DNA from: Eledone cirrhosa
Taxonomy: Eukaryota
Reading direction: 5' to 3'
DNA length: 64,000 bases
Assembly (NCBI GenBank): GCA_964016885.1
Contig: OZ024758.1
Span: forward strand, 37,758,001-37,822,000
This document shows, one piece after another, positions 27,441-42,100 of this stretch; positions within the stretch are counted from its first letter, which is position 1; each line of letters begins with the position of its first letter. A model generated the notes under the pieces. That model was not told where the DNA came from and did not search any database. It was given only the letters and a program-made list of their open reading frames with translations. The translations under genes and the position numbers were made by a program.

Positions 27441-30400
27441 GTATTAGCTGTCAGAAGTAACTCCACTGTTGGTGAGAATTCGTTTAAGTTCATGGTATTA
27501 GCTGTCAGAAGTAACTCCACTGTTGGTGAGAATTCATTTAAGTTCATGGTATTAGCTGTCAGAAGTAACTCCACTGTTGGTGAGAATTCATTTAAGTTCA
27601 TGGTATTAGCTGTCAGAAGTAACTGCACCGTTGGTGAGAATTCATTTAAGTTCATGGTACTAGCTGTCAGAAGTAACTCCAATGTTGGTGAGAATTCATT
27701 TAAGTTCAAGGTATTAGCTGTCAGAAGTAACTCCACTGTTGGTGAGAATTCATTTAAGTTCATGGTATTAGCTGTCAGAAGTAACTCCACTGTTGGTGAG
27801 AATTCATTTAAGTTCATGGTATTAGCTGTCAGAAGTAACTCCACTGTTGGTGAGAATTCATTTAAGTTCATGGTACTAGCTGTCAGAAGTAACTCCAATG
27901 TTGGTGAGAATTCATTTAAGTTCATGGTATTAGCTGTCAGAAGTAACTCCACTGTTGGTGAGAATTCATTTAAGTTCATGGTATTAGCTGTCAGAAGTAA
28001 CTCCACTGTTGGTGAGAATTCATTTAAGTTCATGGTATTAGTTTGTCAGAAGTAACTCCACTGTTGGTGAGAATTCATTTAAGTCATGGTATTAGTTGTC
28101 AGAAGTAACTCCAATGTTGGTGAGAATTCATTTAAGTTCATGGTACTAGCTGTCAGAAGTAACTCCAATGTTGGTGAGAATTCATTTAAGTTCATGGTAT
28201 TAGCTGTCAGAAGTAACTCCACTGTTGGTGAGAATTCATTTAAGTTCATGGTATTAGCTGTCAGAAGTAACTCCACTGTTGGCGAGAATTCATTTAAGTC
28301 ATGGTATTAGCTGTCAGAAGTAACTCCAATGTTGGTGAGAATTCATTTAAGTTCATGGTATTAGCTGTCAGAAGTCACTCCACTGTTGGTGAGAATTCAT
28401 TTAAGTTCATGGTACTAGCTGTCAGAAGTAACCCCAATGTTGGTGAGAATTCATTTAAGTTCATGGTATTAGCTGTCAGAAGTCACTCCAATGTTGGTGA
28501 GAATTCATTTAAGTTCATGGTATTAGCTGTCAGAAGTAACTCCACTGTTGGTGAGAATTCATTTAAGTTCATGGTATTAGCTGTCAGAAGGAACGCCACT
28601 GTTGGTGAGAATTCATTTAAGTTCATGGTATTAGCTGTCAGAAGTAACTCCACTGTTGGTGAGAATTCATTTAAGTTCATGCTACTAGCTGTCAGAAGTA
28701 ACTCCTATGTTGGTGAGAATTCATTTAAGTTCATGGTATTAGCTGTCAGAAGGAACTCCACTGTTGCTGAGAATTCATTTAAGTTCATGGTATTAGCTGT
28801 CAGAAGTAACTCCACTGTTGGTGATAATTCATTTAAGTTCATGGTGCTAGCTGTCAGAAGTAACTCCACTGTTGGTGAGAATTCATTTAAGTTCATGGTA
28901 TTAGCTGTCAGAAGTAACTCCACTGTTGGTGAGAATTCATTTAAGTTCATGGTATTAGCTGACAGAAGTCACTCCACTGTTGGTGAGAATTCATTTAAGT
29001 TCATGGTACTAGCTGTCAGAAGTAACTCCAATGTTGGTGAGAATTCATTTAAATTCATGGTATTAGCTGTCAGAAGTAACTCCACTGTTGGTGAGAATTC
29101 ATTTAAGTTCATGGTATTAGCTGTCAGAAGTAACTCCACTGTTGGTGAGAATTCATTTAAGTTCATGGTATTAGCTGTCAGAAGTAACTCCACTGTTGGT
29201 GAGAATTCATTTAAGTTCATGGTACTAGCTGTCAGAAGTAACTCCAATGTTGGTGAGAATTCATTTAAGTTCATGGTATTAGCTGTCAGAAGTAACTCCA
29301 CTGTTGGTGAGAATTCATTTAAGTCATGGTATTAGCTGTCAGAAGTAACTCCACTGTTGGTGAGAATTCATTTAAGTTCATGGTACTAGCTGTCAGAAGT
29401 AACTCCACTGTTGGTGAGAATTCATTTAAGTTCATGGTATTAGCTGTCAGAAGTAACTCCACTGTTGGTGAGAATTCATTTAAGTTCATGGTATTAGCTG
29501 ACAGAAGTCACTCCACTGTTGGTGAGAATTCATTTAAGTTCATGGTACTAGCTGTCAGAAGTAACTCCAATGTTGGTGAGAATTCATTTAAGTTCATGGT
29601 ATTAGCTGTCAGAAGTAACTCCACTGTTGGTGAGAATTCATTTAAGTTCATGGTATTAGCTGTCAGAAGTAACTCCACTGTTGGTGAGAATTCATTTAAG
29701 TTCATGGTATTAGCTGTCAGAAGTAACTCCACTGTTGGTGAGAATTCATTTAAGTTCATGGTACTAGCTGTCAGAAGTAACTCCAATGTTGGTGAGAATT
29801 CATTTAAGTTCATGGTACTAGCTGTCAGAAGTAACTCCACTGTTGGTGAGAATTCATTTAAGTTCATGGTATTAGTTTGTCAGAAGTAACTCCACTGTTG
29901 GTGAGAATTCATTTAAGTCATGGTATTAGTTGTCAGAAGTAACTCCAATGTTGGTGAGAATTCATTTAAGTTCATGGTATTAGCTGTCAGAAGGAACTCC
30001 ACTGTTGGTGAGAATTCATTTAAGTTCATGGTATTAGCTGTCAGAAGGAACTCCAATGTTGGTGAGAATTCATTTAAGTCATGGTACTAGCTGTCAGAAG
30101 TAACTCCACTGTTGGTGAGAATTCATTTAAGTTCATGGTATTAGCTGTCAGAAGGAACGCCACTGTTGGTGAGAATTCATTTAAGTTCATGGTATTAGCT
30201 GTCAGAAGTAACTCCACTGTTGGTGAGAATTCATTTAAGTTCATGGTACTAGCTGTCAGAAGTAACTCCAATGTTGGTGAGAATTCATTTAAGTTCATGG
30301 TATTAGCTGTCAGAAGGAACTCCACTGTTGGTGAGAATTCATTTAAGTTCATGGTATTAGCTGTCAGAAGTAACTCCACTGTTGGTGAGAATTCATTTAA

Positions 30401-32609
30401 GTCATGGTATTAGCTGTCAGAAGTAACTCCATTGTTGGTGAGAATTCATTTAAGTCATGGTACTAGCTGTCAGAAGTAACTCCAATGTTGGTGAGAATTC
30501 ATTTAAGTCATGGTACTAGCTGTCAGAAGTAACTCCAATGTTGGTGAGAATTCATTTAAGTTCATGGTATTAGCTGTCAGAATGAACTCCACTGTTGGTG
30601 AGAATTCATTTAAGTTCATGGTATTAGCTGTCAGAAGTAACTCCACTGTTGGTGAGAATTCATTTAAGTTCATGGTATTAGCTGTCAGAAGTAACTCCAC
30701 TGTTGGTGAGAATTCATTTAAGTTCATGGTACTAGCTGTCAGAAGTAACTCCAATGTTGGTGAGAATTCATTTAAGTTCATGGTATTAGCTGTTAGAAGT
30801 AACTCCACTGTTGGTGAGAATTCAGTTAAGCCATGGTATTAGCTGTCAGAAGTAACTCCAATGTTGGTGAGAATTCATTTAAGTTCATGGTATTAGCTGT
30901 CAGAAGTAACTCCACTGTTGGTGAGAATTCATTTAAGTTCATGGTATTAGCTGTCAGAAGTAACTCCACTGTTGGTGAGAATTCATTTAAGTTCATGGTA
31001 TTAGTTTGTCAGAAGTAACTCCACTGTTGGTGAGAATTCATTTAATTCATGGTATTAGTTGTCAGAAGTAACTCCAATGTTGGTGAGAATTCATTTAAGT
31101 TAATGGTACTAGCTGTCAGAAGTAAATCCACTGTTGGTGAGAATTCATTTAAGTTCATGGTATTAGCTGTCAGAAGTAACTCCACTGTTGGTGAGAATTC
31201 ATTTAAGTCATGGTATTAGCTGTCAGAAGTAACTCCAATGTTGGTGAGAATTCATTTAAGTCATGGTACTAGCTGTCAGAAGTAACTCCAATGTTGGTGA
31301 GAATTCATTTAAGTTCATGGTATTAGCTGTCAGAAGTAACTCCACTGTTGGTGAGAATTCGTTTAAGTTCATGGTATTAGCTGTCAGAAGTAACTCCACT
31401 GTTGGTGAGAATTCGTTTAAGTTCATGGTATTAGCTGTCAGAAGTAACTCCACTGTTGGTGAGAATTCATTTAAGTTCATGGTATTAGCTGTCAGAAGTA
31501 ACTCCACTGTTGGTGAGAATTCATTTAAGTTCATGGTATTAGCTGTCAGAAGGAACTCCAATGTTGGTGAGAATTCATTTAAGTCATGGTACTAGCTGTC
31601 AGAAGTAACTCCAATGTTGGTGAGAATTCATTTAAGTTCATGGTATTAGCTGTTAGAAGTAACTCCACTGTTGGTGAGAATTCAGTTAAGCCATGGTATT
31701 AGCTGTCAGAAGTAACTCCAATGTTGGTGAGAATTCATTTAAGTTCATGGTATTAGCTGTCAGAAGTAACTCCACTGTTGGTGAGAATTCATTTAAGTTC
31801 ATGGTATTAGCTGTCAGAAGTAACTCCACTGTTGGTGAGAATTCATTTAAGTTCATGGTACTAGCTGTCAGAAGTAACTCCACTGTTGGTGAGAATTCAT
31901 TTAAGTTCATGGTATTAGTTTGTCAGAAGTAACTCCACTGTTGGTGAGAATTCATTTAAGTCATGGTATTAGTTGTCAGAAGTAACTCCAATGTTGGTGA
32001 GAATTCATTTAAGTTCATGGTACTAGCTGTCAGAAGTAAATCCACTGTTGGTGAGAATTCATTTAAGTTCATGGTATTAGCTGTCAGAAGTAACTCCACT
32101 GTTGGTGAGAATTCATTTAAGTCATGGTATTAGCTGTCAGAAGTAACTCCAATGTTGGTGAGAATTCATTTAAGTCATGGTACTAGCTGTCAGAAGTAAC
32201 TCCAATGTTGGTGAGAATTCATTTAAGTTCATGGTATTAGCTGTCAGAAGTAACTCCACTGTTGGTGAGAATTCGTTTAAGTTCATGGTATTAGCTGTCA
32301 GAAGTAACTCCACTGTTGGTGAGAATTCGTTTAAGTTCATGGTATTAGCTGTCAGAAGTAACTCCACTGTTGGTGAGAATTCATTTAAGTTCATGGTATT
32401 AGCTGTCAGAAGTAACTCCACTGTTGGTGAGAATTCATTTAAGTTCATGGTATTAGCTGTCAGAAGGAACTCCAATGTTGGTGAGAATTCATTTAAGTCA
32501 TGGTACTAGCTGTCAGAAGTAACTCCAATGTTGGTGAGAATTCATTTAAGTTCATGGTATTAGCTGTCAGAAGGAACTCCACTGTTGCTGAGAATTCATT
32601 TAAGTTCAT

Positions 32610-35600
32610 GGTATTAGCTGTCAGAAGTAACTCCACTGTTGGTGAGAATTCATTTAAGTTCATGGTACTAGCTGTCAGAAGTAACTCCACTGTTGGTGAG
32701 AATTCATTTAAGTTCATGGTATTAGTTGTCAGAAGTCACTCCAATGTTGGTGAGAATTCATTTAGGTTCATGGTATTAGCTGTCAGAGGTCACTCCACTG
32801 TTGGTGAGAATTCATTTAAGTTCATGGTACTAGCTGGCAGAAGTAACCCCAATGTTGGTGAGAATTCATTTAAGTTCATGGTATTAGCTGTCAGAAGTCA
32901 CTCCAATGTTGGTGAGAATTCATTTAAGTTCATGGTATTAGCTGTCAGAAGTAACTCCACTGTTGGTGAGAATTCATTTATGTTCATGGTATTAGTTTGT
33001 CAGAAGTAACTCCACTGTTGGTGAGAATTCATTTAAGTCATGGTATTAGTTGTCAGAAGTAACTCCAATGTTGGTGAGAATTCATTTAAGTTCATGGTAT
33101 TAGCTGTCAGAAGGAACTCCACTGTTGGTGAGAATTCATTTAAGTTCATGGTATTAGCTGTCAGAAGGAACTCCAATGTTGGTGAGAATTCATTTAAGTC
33201 ATGGTACTAGCTGTCAGAAGTAACTCCACTGTTGGTGAGAATTCATTTAAGTTCATGGTATTAGCTGTCAGAAGGAACGCCACTGTTGGTGAGAATTCTT
33301 TTAAGTTCATGGTATTAGCTGTCAGAAGTAACTCCACTGTTGGTGAGAATTCATTTAAGTTCATGGTACTAGCTGTCAGAAGTAACTCCAATGTGGGTGA
33401 GAATTCATTTAAGTTCATGGTATTAGCTGTCAGAAGGAACTCCACAGTTGGTGAGAATTCATTTAAGTTCATGGTATTAGCTGTCAGAAGTAACTCCACT
33501 GTTGGTGAGAATTCATTTAAGTCATGGTATTAGCTGTCAGAAGTAACTCCATTGTTGGTGAGAATTCAATTAAGTCATGGTACTAGCTGTCAGAAGTAAC
33601 TCCAATGTTGGTGAGAATTCATTTAAGTTCATGTTATTAGCTGTCAGAAGGAACTCCACTGTTGGTGAGAATTCATTTAAGTTCATGGTATTAGCTGTCA
33701 GAAGTAACTCCACTGTTGGTGAGAATTCATTTAAGTTCATGGTATTAGCTGTCAGAAGTAACTCCAATGTTGGTGAGAATTCATTTAAGTTCATGGTATT
33801 AGCTGTCAGAAGGAACTCCACTGTTGCTGAGAATTCATTTAAGTTCATGGTATTAGCTGTCAGAAGTAACTCCACTGTTGGTGAGAATTCATTTAAGTTC
33901 ATGGTACTAGCTGTCAGAAGAAACTCCACTGTTGGTGAGAATTCATTTAAGTTCATGGTATTAGCTGTCAGAAGTCACTCCAATGTTGGTGAGAATTCAT
34001 TTAGGTTCATGGTATTAGCTGTCAGAAGTCACTCCACTGTTGGTGAGAATTCATTTAAGTTCATGGTACTAGCTGGCAGAAGTAACCCCAATGTTGGTGA
34101 GAATTCATTTAAGTTCATGGTATTAGCTGTCAGAAGTCACTCCAATGTTGGTGAGAATTCATTTAAGTTCATGGTATTAGCTGTCAGAAGTAACTCCACT
34201 GTTGGTGAGAATTCATTTATGTTCATGGTATTAGTTTGTCAGAAGTAACTCCACTGTTGGTGAGAATTCATTTAAGTCATGGTATTAGTTGTCAGAAGTA
34301 ACTCCAATGTTGGTGAGAATTCATTTAAGTTCATGGTATTAGCTGTCAGAAGTCACTCCAATGTTGGTGAGAATTCATTTAAGTTCATGGTATTAGCTGT
34401 CAGAAGTAACTCCACTGTTGGTGAGAATTCATTTAAGTTCATGGTACTAGCTGTCAGAAGTAACTCCACTGTTGGTGAGAATTCATTTAAGTTCATGGTA
34501 TTAGTTGTCAGAAGTCACTCCAATGTTGGTGAGAATTCATTTAGGTTCATGGTATTAGCTGTCAGAGGTCACTCCACTGTTGGTGAGAATTCATTTAAGT
34601 TCATGGTACTAGCTGGCAGAAGTAACCCCAATGTTGGTGAGAATTCATTTAAGTTCATGGTATTAGCTGTCAGAAGTCACTCCAATGTTGGTGAGAATTC
34701 ATTTAAGTTCATGGTATTAGCTGTCAGAAGTAACTCCACTGTTGGTGAGAATTCATTTATGTTCATGGTATTAGTTTGTCAGAAGTAACTCCACTGTTGA
34801 TGAGAATTCATTTAAGTCATGGTATTAGTTGTCAGAAGTAACTCCAATGTTGGTGAGAATTCATTTAAGTTCATGGTATTAGCTGTCAGAAGGAACTCCA
34901 CTGTTGGTGAGAATTCATTTAAGTTCATGGTATTAGCTGTCAGAAGGAACTCCAATGTTGGTGAGAATTCATTTAAGTCATGGTACTAGCTGTCAGAAGT
35001 AACTCCACTGTTGGTGAGAATTCATTTAAGTTCATGGTATTAGCTGTCAGAAGGAACGCCACTGTTGGTGAGAATTCTTTTAAGTTCATGGTATTAGCTG
35101 TCAGAAGTAACTCCACTGTTGGTGAGAATTCATTTAAGTTCATGGTACTAGCTGTCAGAAGTAACTCCAATGTGGGTGAGAATTCATTTAAGTTCATGGT
35201 ATTAGCTGTCAGAAGGAACTCCACAGTTGGTGAGAATTCATTTAAGTTCATGGTATTAGCTGTCAGAAGTAACTCCACTGTTGGTGAGAATTCATTTAAG
35301 TCATGGTATTAGCTGTCAGAAGTAACTCCATTGTTGGTGAGAATTCAATTAAGTCATGGTACTAGCTGTCAGAAGTAACTCCAATGTTGGTGAGAATTCA
35401 TTTAAGTTCATGTTATTAGCTGTCAGAAGGAACTCCACTGTTGGTGAGAATTCATTTAAGTTCATGGTATTAGCTGTCAGAAGTAACTCCACTGTTGGTG
35501 AGAATTCATTTAAGTTCATGGTATTAGCTGTCAGAAGTAACTCCAATGTTGGTGAGAATTCATTTAAGTTCATGGTATTAGCTGTCAGAAGGAACTCCAC

Positions 35601-36110
35601 TGTTGCTGAGAATTCATTTAAGTTCATGGTATTAGCTGTCAGAAGTAACTCCACTGTTGGTGAGAATTCATTTAAGTTCATGGTACTAGCTGTCAGAAGA
35701 AACTCCACTGTTGGTGAGAATTCATTTAAGTTCATGGTATTAGCTGTCAGAAGTCACTCCAATGTTGGTGAGAATTCATTTAGGTTCATGGTATTAGCTG
35801 TCAGAAGTCACTCCACTGTTGGTGAGAATTCATTTAAGTTCATGGTACTAGCTGGCAGAAGTAACCCCAATGTTGGTGAGAATTCATTTAAGTTCATGGT
35901 ATTAGCTGTCAGAAGTCACTCCAATGTTGGTGAGAATTCATTTAAGTTCATGGTATTAGCTGTCAGAAGTAACTCCACTGTTGGTGGGAATTCATTTATG
36001 TTCATGGTATTAGTTTGTCAGAAGTAACTCCACTGTTGGTGAGAATTCATTTAAGTCATGGTATTAGTTGTCAGAAGTAACTACAATGTTGGTGAGAATT
36101 CATTTAAGTT
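32610..36110. repeat. 1779-bp (33-monomer) tandem duplication, with a partial third copy 1239 bp further on
   Basis: gaattcTtttaag at 33299, 35078 and 36317. tccacAgttg, aatgtGggt, agaagAaac and agagGtcac also repeat at the 1779 offset. ORF pairs: 33201/34980, 33577/35356, and ends 33009/34788, 34248/36027. Confidence 0.9.
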
Positions 36111-39100
36111 CATGGTATTAGCTGTCAGAAGGAACTCCACTGTTGGTGAGAATTCATTTAAGTTCATGGTATTAGCTGTCAGAAGGAACTCCAATGTTGG
36201 TGAGAATTCATTTAAGTCATGGTACTAGCTGTCAGAAGTAACTCCACTGTTGGTGAGAATTCATTTAAGTTCATGGTATTAGCTGTCAGAAGGAACGCCA
36301 CTGTTGGTGAGAATTCTTTTAAGTTCATGGTATTAGCTGTCAGAAGTAACTCCACTGTTGGTGAGAATTCATTTAAGTTCATGGTACTAGCTGTCAGAAG
36401 TAACTCCAATGTTGGTGAGAATTCATTTAAGTTCATGGTATTAGCTGTCAGAAGGAACTCCACAGTTGGTGAGAATTCATTTAAGTTCATGGTATTAGCT
36501 GTCAGAAGTAACTCCACTGTTGGTGAGAATTCATTTAAGTCATGGTATTAGCTGTCAGAAGTAACTCCATTGTTGGTGAGAATTCAATTAAGTCATGGTA
36601 CTAGCTGTCAGAAGTAACTCCAATGTTGGTAAGAATTCATTTAAGTTCATGTTATTAGCTGTCAGAAGGAACTCCACTGTTGGTGAGAATTCATTTAAGT
36701 TATGGTATTAGTTTGTCAGAAGTAACTCCACTGTTGGTGAGAATTCATTTAAGTCATGGTATTAGTTGTCAGAAGTAACTCCAATGTTGGTGAGAATTCA
36801 TTTAAGTTCATGGTACTAGCTGTCAGAAATAACTCCACTGTTGGTGAGAATTCATTTAAGTTCATGGTAATAGCTGTCAGAAGTAACTCCACTGTTGGTG
36901 AGAATTCATTTAAGTCATGGTATTAGCTGTCAGAAGTAACTCCAATGTTGGTGAGAATTCATTTAAGTCATGGTACTAGCTGTCAGAAGTAACTCCAATG
37001 TTGGTGAGAATTCATTTAAGTTCATGGTATTAGCTGTCAGAAGTAACTCCACTGTTGGTGAGAATTCATTTAAGTTCATGGTATTAGCTGTCAGAAGTAA
37101 CTCCACTGTTGGTGAGAATTCATTTAAGTCATGGTATTAGCTGTCAGAAGTAACTCCAATGTTGGTGAGAATTCATTTAAGTTCATGGTATTAGCTGTCA
37201 GAAGTCACTCCACTGTTGGTGAGAATTCATTTAAGTTCATGGTACTAGCTGTCAGAAGTAACCCCAATGTTGGTGAGAATTCATTTAAGTTCATGGTATT
37301 AGCTGTTAGAAGTCACTCCAATGTTGGTGAGAATTCATTTAAGTTCATGGTATTAGCTGTCAGAAGTAAATCCACTGTTGGTAAGAATTCATTTAAGTTC
37401 ATGGTATTAGCTGTCAGAAGTAACTCCACTGTTGGTGAGAATTCATTTAAGTTCATGGTATTAGCTGTCAGAAGGAACGCCACTGTTGGTGAGAATTCAT
37501 TTAAGTTCATGGTATTAGCTGTCAGAAGTAACTCCACTGTTGGTGAGAATTCATTTAAGTTCATGCTACTAGCTGTCAGAAGTAACTCCTATGTTGGTGA
37601 GAATTCATTTAAGTTCATGGTATTAGCTGTCAGAAGGAACTCCACTGTTGCTGAGAATTCATTTAAGTTCATGGTATTAGCTGTCAGAAGTAACTCCACT
37701 GTTGGTGATAATTCATTTAAGTTCATGGTGCTAGCTGTCAGAAGTAACTCCACTGTTGGTGAGAATTCATTTAAGTTCATGGTATTAGCTGTCAGAAGTA
37801 ACTCCACTGTTGGTGAGAATTCATTTAAGTTCATGGTATTAGCTGACAGAAGTCACTCCACTGTTGGTGAGAATTCATTTAAGTTCATGGTACTAGCTGT
37901 CAGAAGTAACTCCAATGTTGGTGAGAATTCATTTAAATTCATGGTATTAGCTGTCAGAAGTAACTCCACTGTTGGTGAGAATTCATTTAAGTTCATGGTA
38001 TTAGCTGTCAGAAGTAACTCCACTGTTGGTGAGAATTCATTTAAGTTCATGGTATTAGCTGTCAGAAGTAACTCCACTGTTGGTGAGAATTCATTTAAGT
38101 TCATGGTACTAGCTGTCAGAAGTAACTCCAATGTTGGTGAGAATTCATTTAAGTTCATGGTATTAGCTGTCAGAAGTAACTCCACTGTTGGTGAGAATTC
38201 ATTTAAGTCATGGTATTAGCTGTCAGAAGTAACTCCACTGTTGGGGAGAATTCATTTAAGTTCATGGTACTAGCTGTCAGAAGTAACTCCACTGTTGTTG
38301 AGAATTCATTTAAGTTCATGGTATTAGCTGTCAGAAGTAACTCTACTGTTGGTGAGAATTCATTTAAGTTCATGGTATTAGCTGTCAGAAGTAACTCCAC
38401 TGTTGGTGAGAATTCATTTAAGTTCATGGTATTAGCTGTCAGAAGTAACTCCACTGTTGGTGAGAATTCATTTAAGTTCATGGTATTAGCTGTCAGAAGT
38501 AACTCCACTGTTGGTGAGAATTCATTTAAGTTCATGGTACTAGCTGTCAGAAGTAACTCCAATGTTGGTGAGAATTCATTTAAGTTCATGGTACTAGCTG
38601 TCAGAAGTAACTCCACTGTTGGTGAGAATTCATTTAAGTTCATGGTATTAGTTTGTCAGAAGTAACTCCACTGTTGGTGAGAATTCATTTAAGTCATGGT
38701 ATTAGTTGTCAGAAGTAACTCCAATGTGGGTGAGAATTCATTTAAGTTCATGGTATTAGCTGTCAGAAGGAACTCCACTGTTGGTGAGAATTCATTTAAG
38801 TTCATGGTATTAGCTGTCAGAAGGAACACCAATGTTGGTGAGAATTCATTTAAGTCATGGTACTAGCTGTCAGAAGTAACTCCACTGTTGGTGAGAATTC
38901 ATTTAAGTTCATGGTATTAGCTGTCAGAAGGAACGCCACTGTTGGTGAGAATTCATTTAAGTTCATGGTATTAGCTGTCAGAAGTAACTCCACTGTTGGT
39001 GAGAATTCATTTAAGTTCATGGTACTAGCTGTCAGAAGTAACTCCAATGTTGGTGAGAATTCATTTAAGTTCATGGTATTAGCTGTCAGAAGGAACTCCA

Positions 39101-42100
39101 CTGTTGGTGAGAATTCATTTAAGTTCATGGTATTAGCTGTCAGAAGTAACTCCACTGTTGATGAGAATTCATTTAAGTCATGGTATTAGCTGTCAGAAGT
39201 AACTCCATTGTTGGTGAGAATTCATTTAAGTCATGGTACTAGCTGTCAGAAGTAACTCCAATGTTGGTGAGAATTCATTTAAGTCATGGTACTAGCTGTC
39301 AGAAGTAACTCCAATGTTGGTGAGAATTCATTTAAGTTCATGGTATTAGCTGTCAGAAGGAACTCCACTGTTGGTGAGAATTCATTTAAGTTCATGGTAT
39401 TAGCTGTCAGAAGTAACTCCACTGTTGGTGAGAATTCATTTAAGTTCATGGTATTAGCTGTCAGAAGTAACTCCACTGTTGGTGAGAATTCATTTAAGTT
39501 CATGGTACTAGCTGTCAGAAGTAACTCCAATGTTGGTGAGAATTCATTTAAGTTCATGGTATTAGCTGTCAGAAGTAACTCCACTGTTGGTGAGAATTCA
39601 GTTAAGCCATGGTATTAGCTGTCAGAAGTAACTCCAATGTTGGTGAGAATTCATTTAAGTTCATGGTATTAGCTGTCAGAAGTAACTCCACTGTTGGTGA
39701 GAATTCATTTAAGTTCATGGTATTAGCTGTCAGAAGTAACTCCACTGTTGGTGAGAATTCATTTAAGTTCATGGTACTAGCTGTCAGAAGTAACTCCACT
39801 GTTGGTGAGAATTCATTTAAGTTCATGGTATTAGTTTGTCAGAAGTAACTCCACTGTTGGTGAGAATTCATTTAAGTCATGGTATTAGTTGTCAGAAGTA
39901 ACTCCAATGTTGGTGAGAATTCATTTAAGTTCATGGTACTAGCTGTCAGAAGTAAATCCACTGTTGGTGAGAATTCATTTAAGTTCATGGTATTAGCTGT
40001 CAGAAGTAACTCCACTGTTGGTGAGAATTCATTTAAGTCATGGTATTAGCTGTCAGAAGTAACTCCAATGTTGGTGAGAATTCATTTAAGTCATGGTACT
40101 AGCTGTCAGAAGTAACTCCAATGTTGGTGAGAATTCATTTAAGTTCATGGTATTAGCTGTCAGAAGTAACTCCACTGTTGGTGAGAATTCGTTTAAGTTC
40201 ATGGTATTAGCTGTCAGAAGTAACTCCACTGTTGGTGAGAATTCATTTAAGTTCATGGTATTAGCTGTCAGAAGTAACTCCACTGTTGGTGAGAATTCAT
40301 TTAAGTTCATGGTATTAGCTGTCAGAAGGAACTCCAATGTTGGTGAGAATTCATTTAAGTCATGGTACTAGCTGTCAGAAGTAACTCCACTGTTGGTGAG
40401 AATTCATTTAAGTTCATGGTATTAGCTGTCAGAAGGAACGCCACTGTTGGTGAGAATTCATTTAAGTTCATGGTATTAGCTGTCAGAAGTAACTCCACTG
40501 TTGGTGAGAATTCATTTAAGTTCATGGTACTAGCTGTCAGAAGTAACTCCAATGTTGGTGAGAATTCATTTAAGTTCATGGTATTAGCTGTCAGAAGGAA
40601 CTCCACTGTTGCTGAGAATTCATTTAAGTTCATGGTATTAGCTGTCAGAAGTAACTCCACTGTTGGTGAGAATTCATTTAAGTTCATGGTACTAGCTGTC
40701 AGAAGTAACTCCACTGTTGGTGAGAATTCATTTAAGTTCATGGTATTAGCTGTCAGAAGTCACTCCAATGTTGGTGAGAATTCATTTAGGTTCATGGTAT
40801 TAGCTGTCAGAAGTCACTCCACTGTTGGTGAGAATTCATTTAAGTTCATGGTACTAGCTGGCAGAAGTAACCCCAATGTTGGTGAGAATTCATTTAAGTT
40901 CATGGTATTAGCTGTCAGAAGTCACTCCAATGTTGGTGAGAATTCATTTAAGTTCATGGTATTAGCTGTCAGAAGTAACTCCACTGTTGGTGAGAATTCA
41001 TTTATGTTCATGGTATTAGTTTGTCAGAAGTAACTCCACTGTTGGTGAGAATTCATTTAAGTCATGGTATTAGTTGTCAGAAGTAACTCCAATGTTGGTG
41101 AGAATTCATTTAAGTTCATGGTATTAGCTGTCAGAAGGAACTCCACTGTTGGTGAGAATTCATTTAAGTTCATGGTATTAGCTGTCAGAAGGAACTCCAA
41201 TGTTGGTGAGAATTCATTTAAGTCATGGTACTAGCTGTCAGAAGTAACTCCACTGTTGGTGAGAATTCATTTAAGTTCATGGTATTAGCTGTCAGAAGGA
41301 ACGCCACTGTTGGTGAGAATTCATTTAAGTCATGGTATTAGCTGTCAGAAGTAACTCCAATGTTGGTGAGAATTCATTTAAGTTCATGGTATTAGCTGTC
41401 AGAAGTCACTCCACTGTTGGTGAGAATTCATTTAAGTTCATGGTACTAGCTGTCAGAAGTAACCCCAATGTTGGTGAGAATTCATTTAAGTTCATGGTAT
41501 TAGCTGTCAGAAGTCACTCCAATGTTGGTGAGAATTCATTTAAGTTCATGGTATTAGCTGTCAGAAGTAACTCCACTGTTGGTAAGAATTCATTTAGGTT
41601 CATGGTATTAGCTGTCAGAAGTAACTCCACTGTTGGTGAGAATTCATTTAAGTTCATGGTATTAGCTGTCAGAAGGAACGCCACTGTTGGTGAGAATTCA
41701 TTTAAGTTCATGGTATTAGCTGTCAGAAGTAACTCCACTGTTGGTGAGAATTCATTTAAGTTCATGCTACTAGCTGTCAGAAGTAACTCCTATGTTGGTG
41801 AGAATTCATTTAAGTTCATGGTATTAGCTGTCAGAAGGAACTCCACTGTTGCTGAGAATTAATTTAAGTTCATGGTATTAGCTGTCAGAAGTAACTCCAC
41901 TGTTGGTGAGAATTCATTTAAGTTCATGGTGCTAGCTGTCAGAAGTAACTCCACTGTTGGTGAGAATTCATTTAAGTTCATGGTATTAGCTGACAGAAGT
42001 CACTCCACTGTTGGTGAGAATTCATTTAAGTTCATGGTACTAGCTGTCAGAAGTAACTCCAATGTTGGTGAGAATTCATTTAAATTCATGGTATTAGCTG

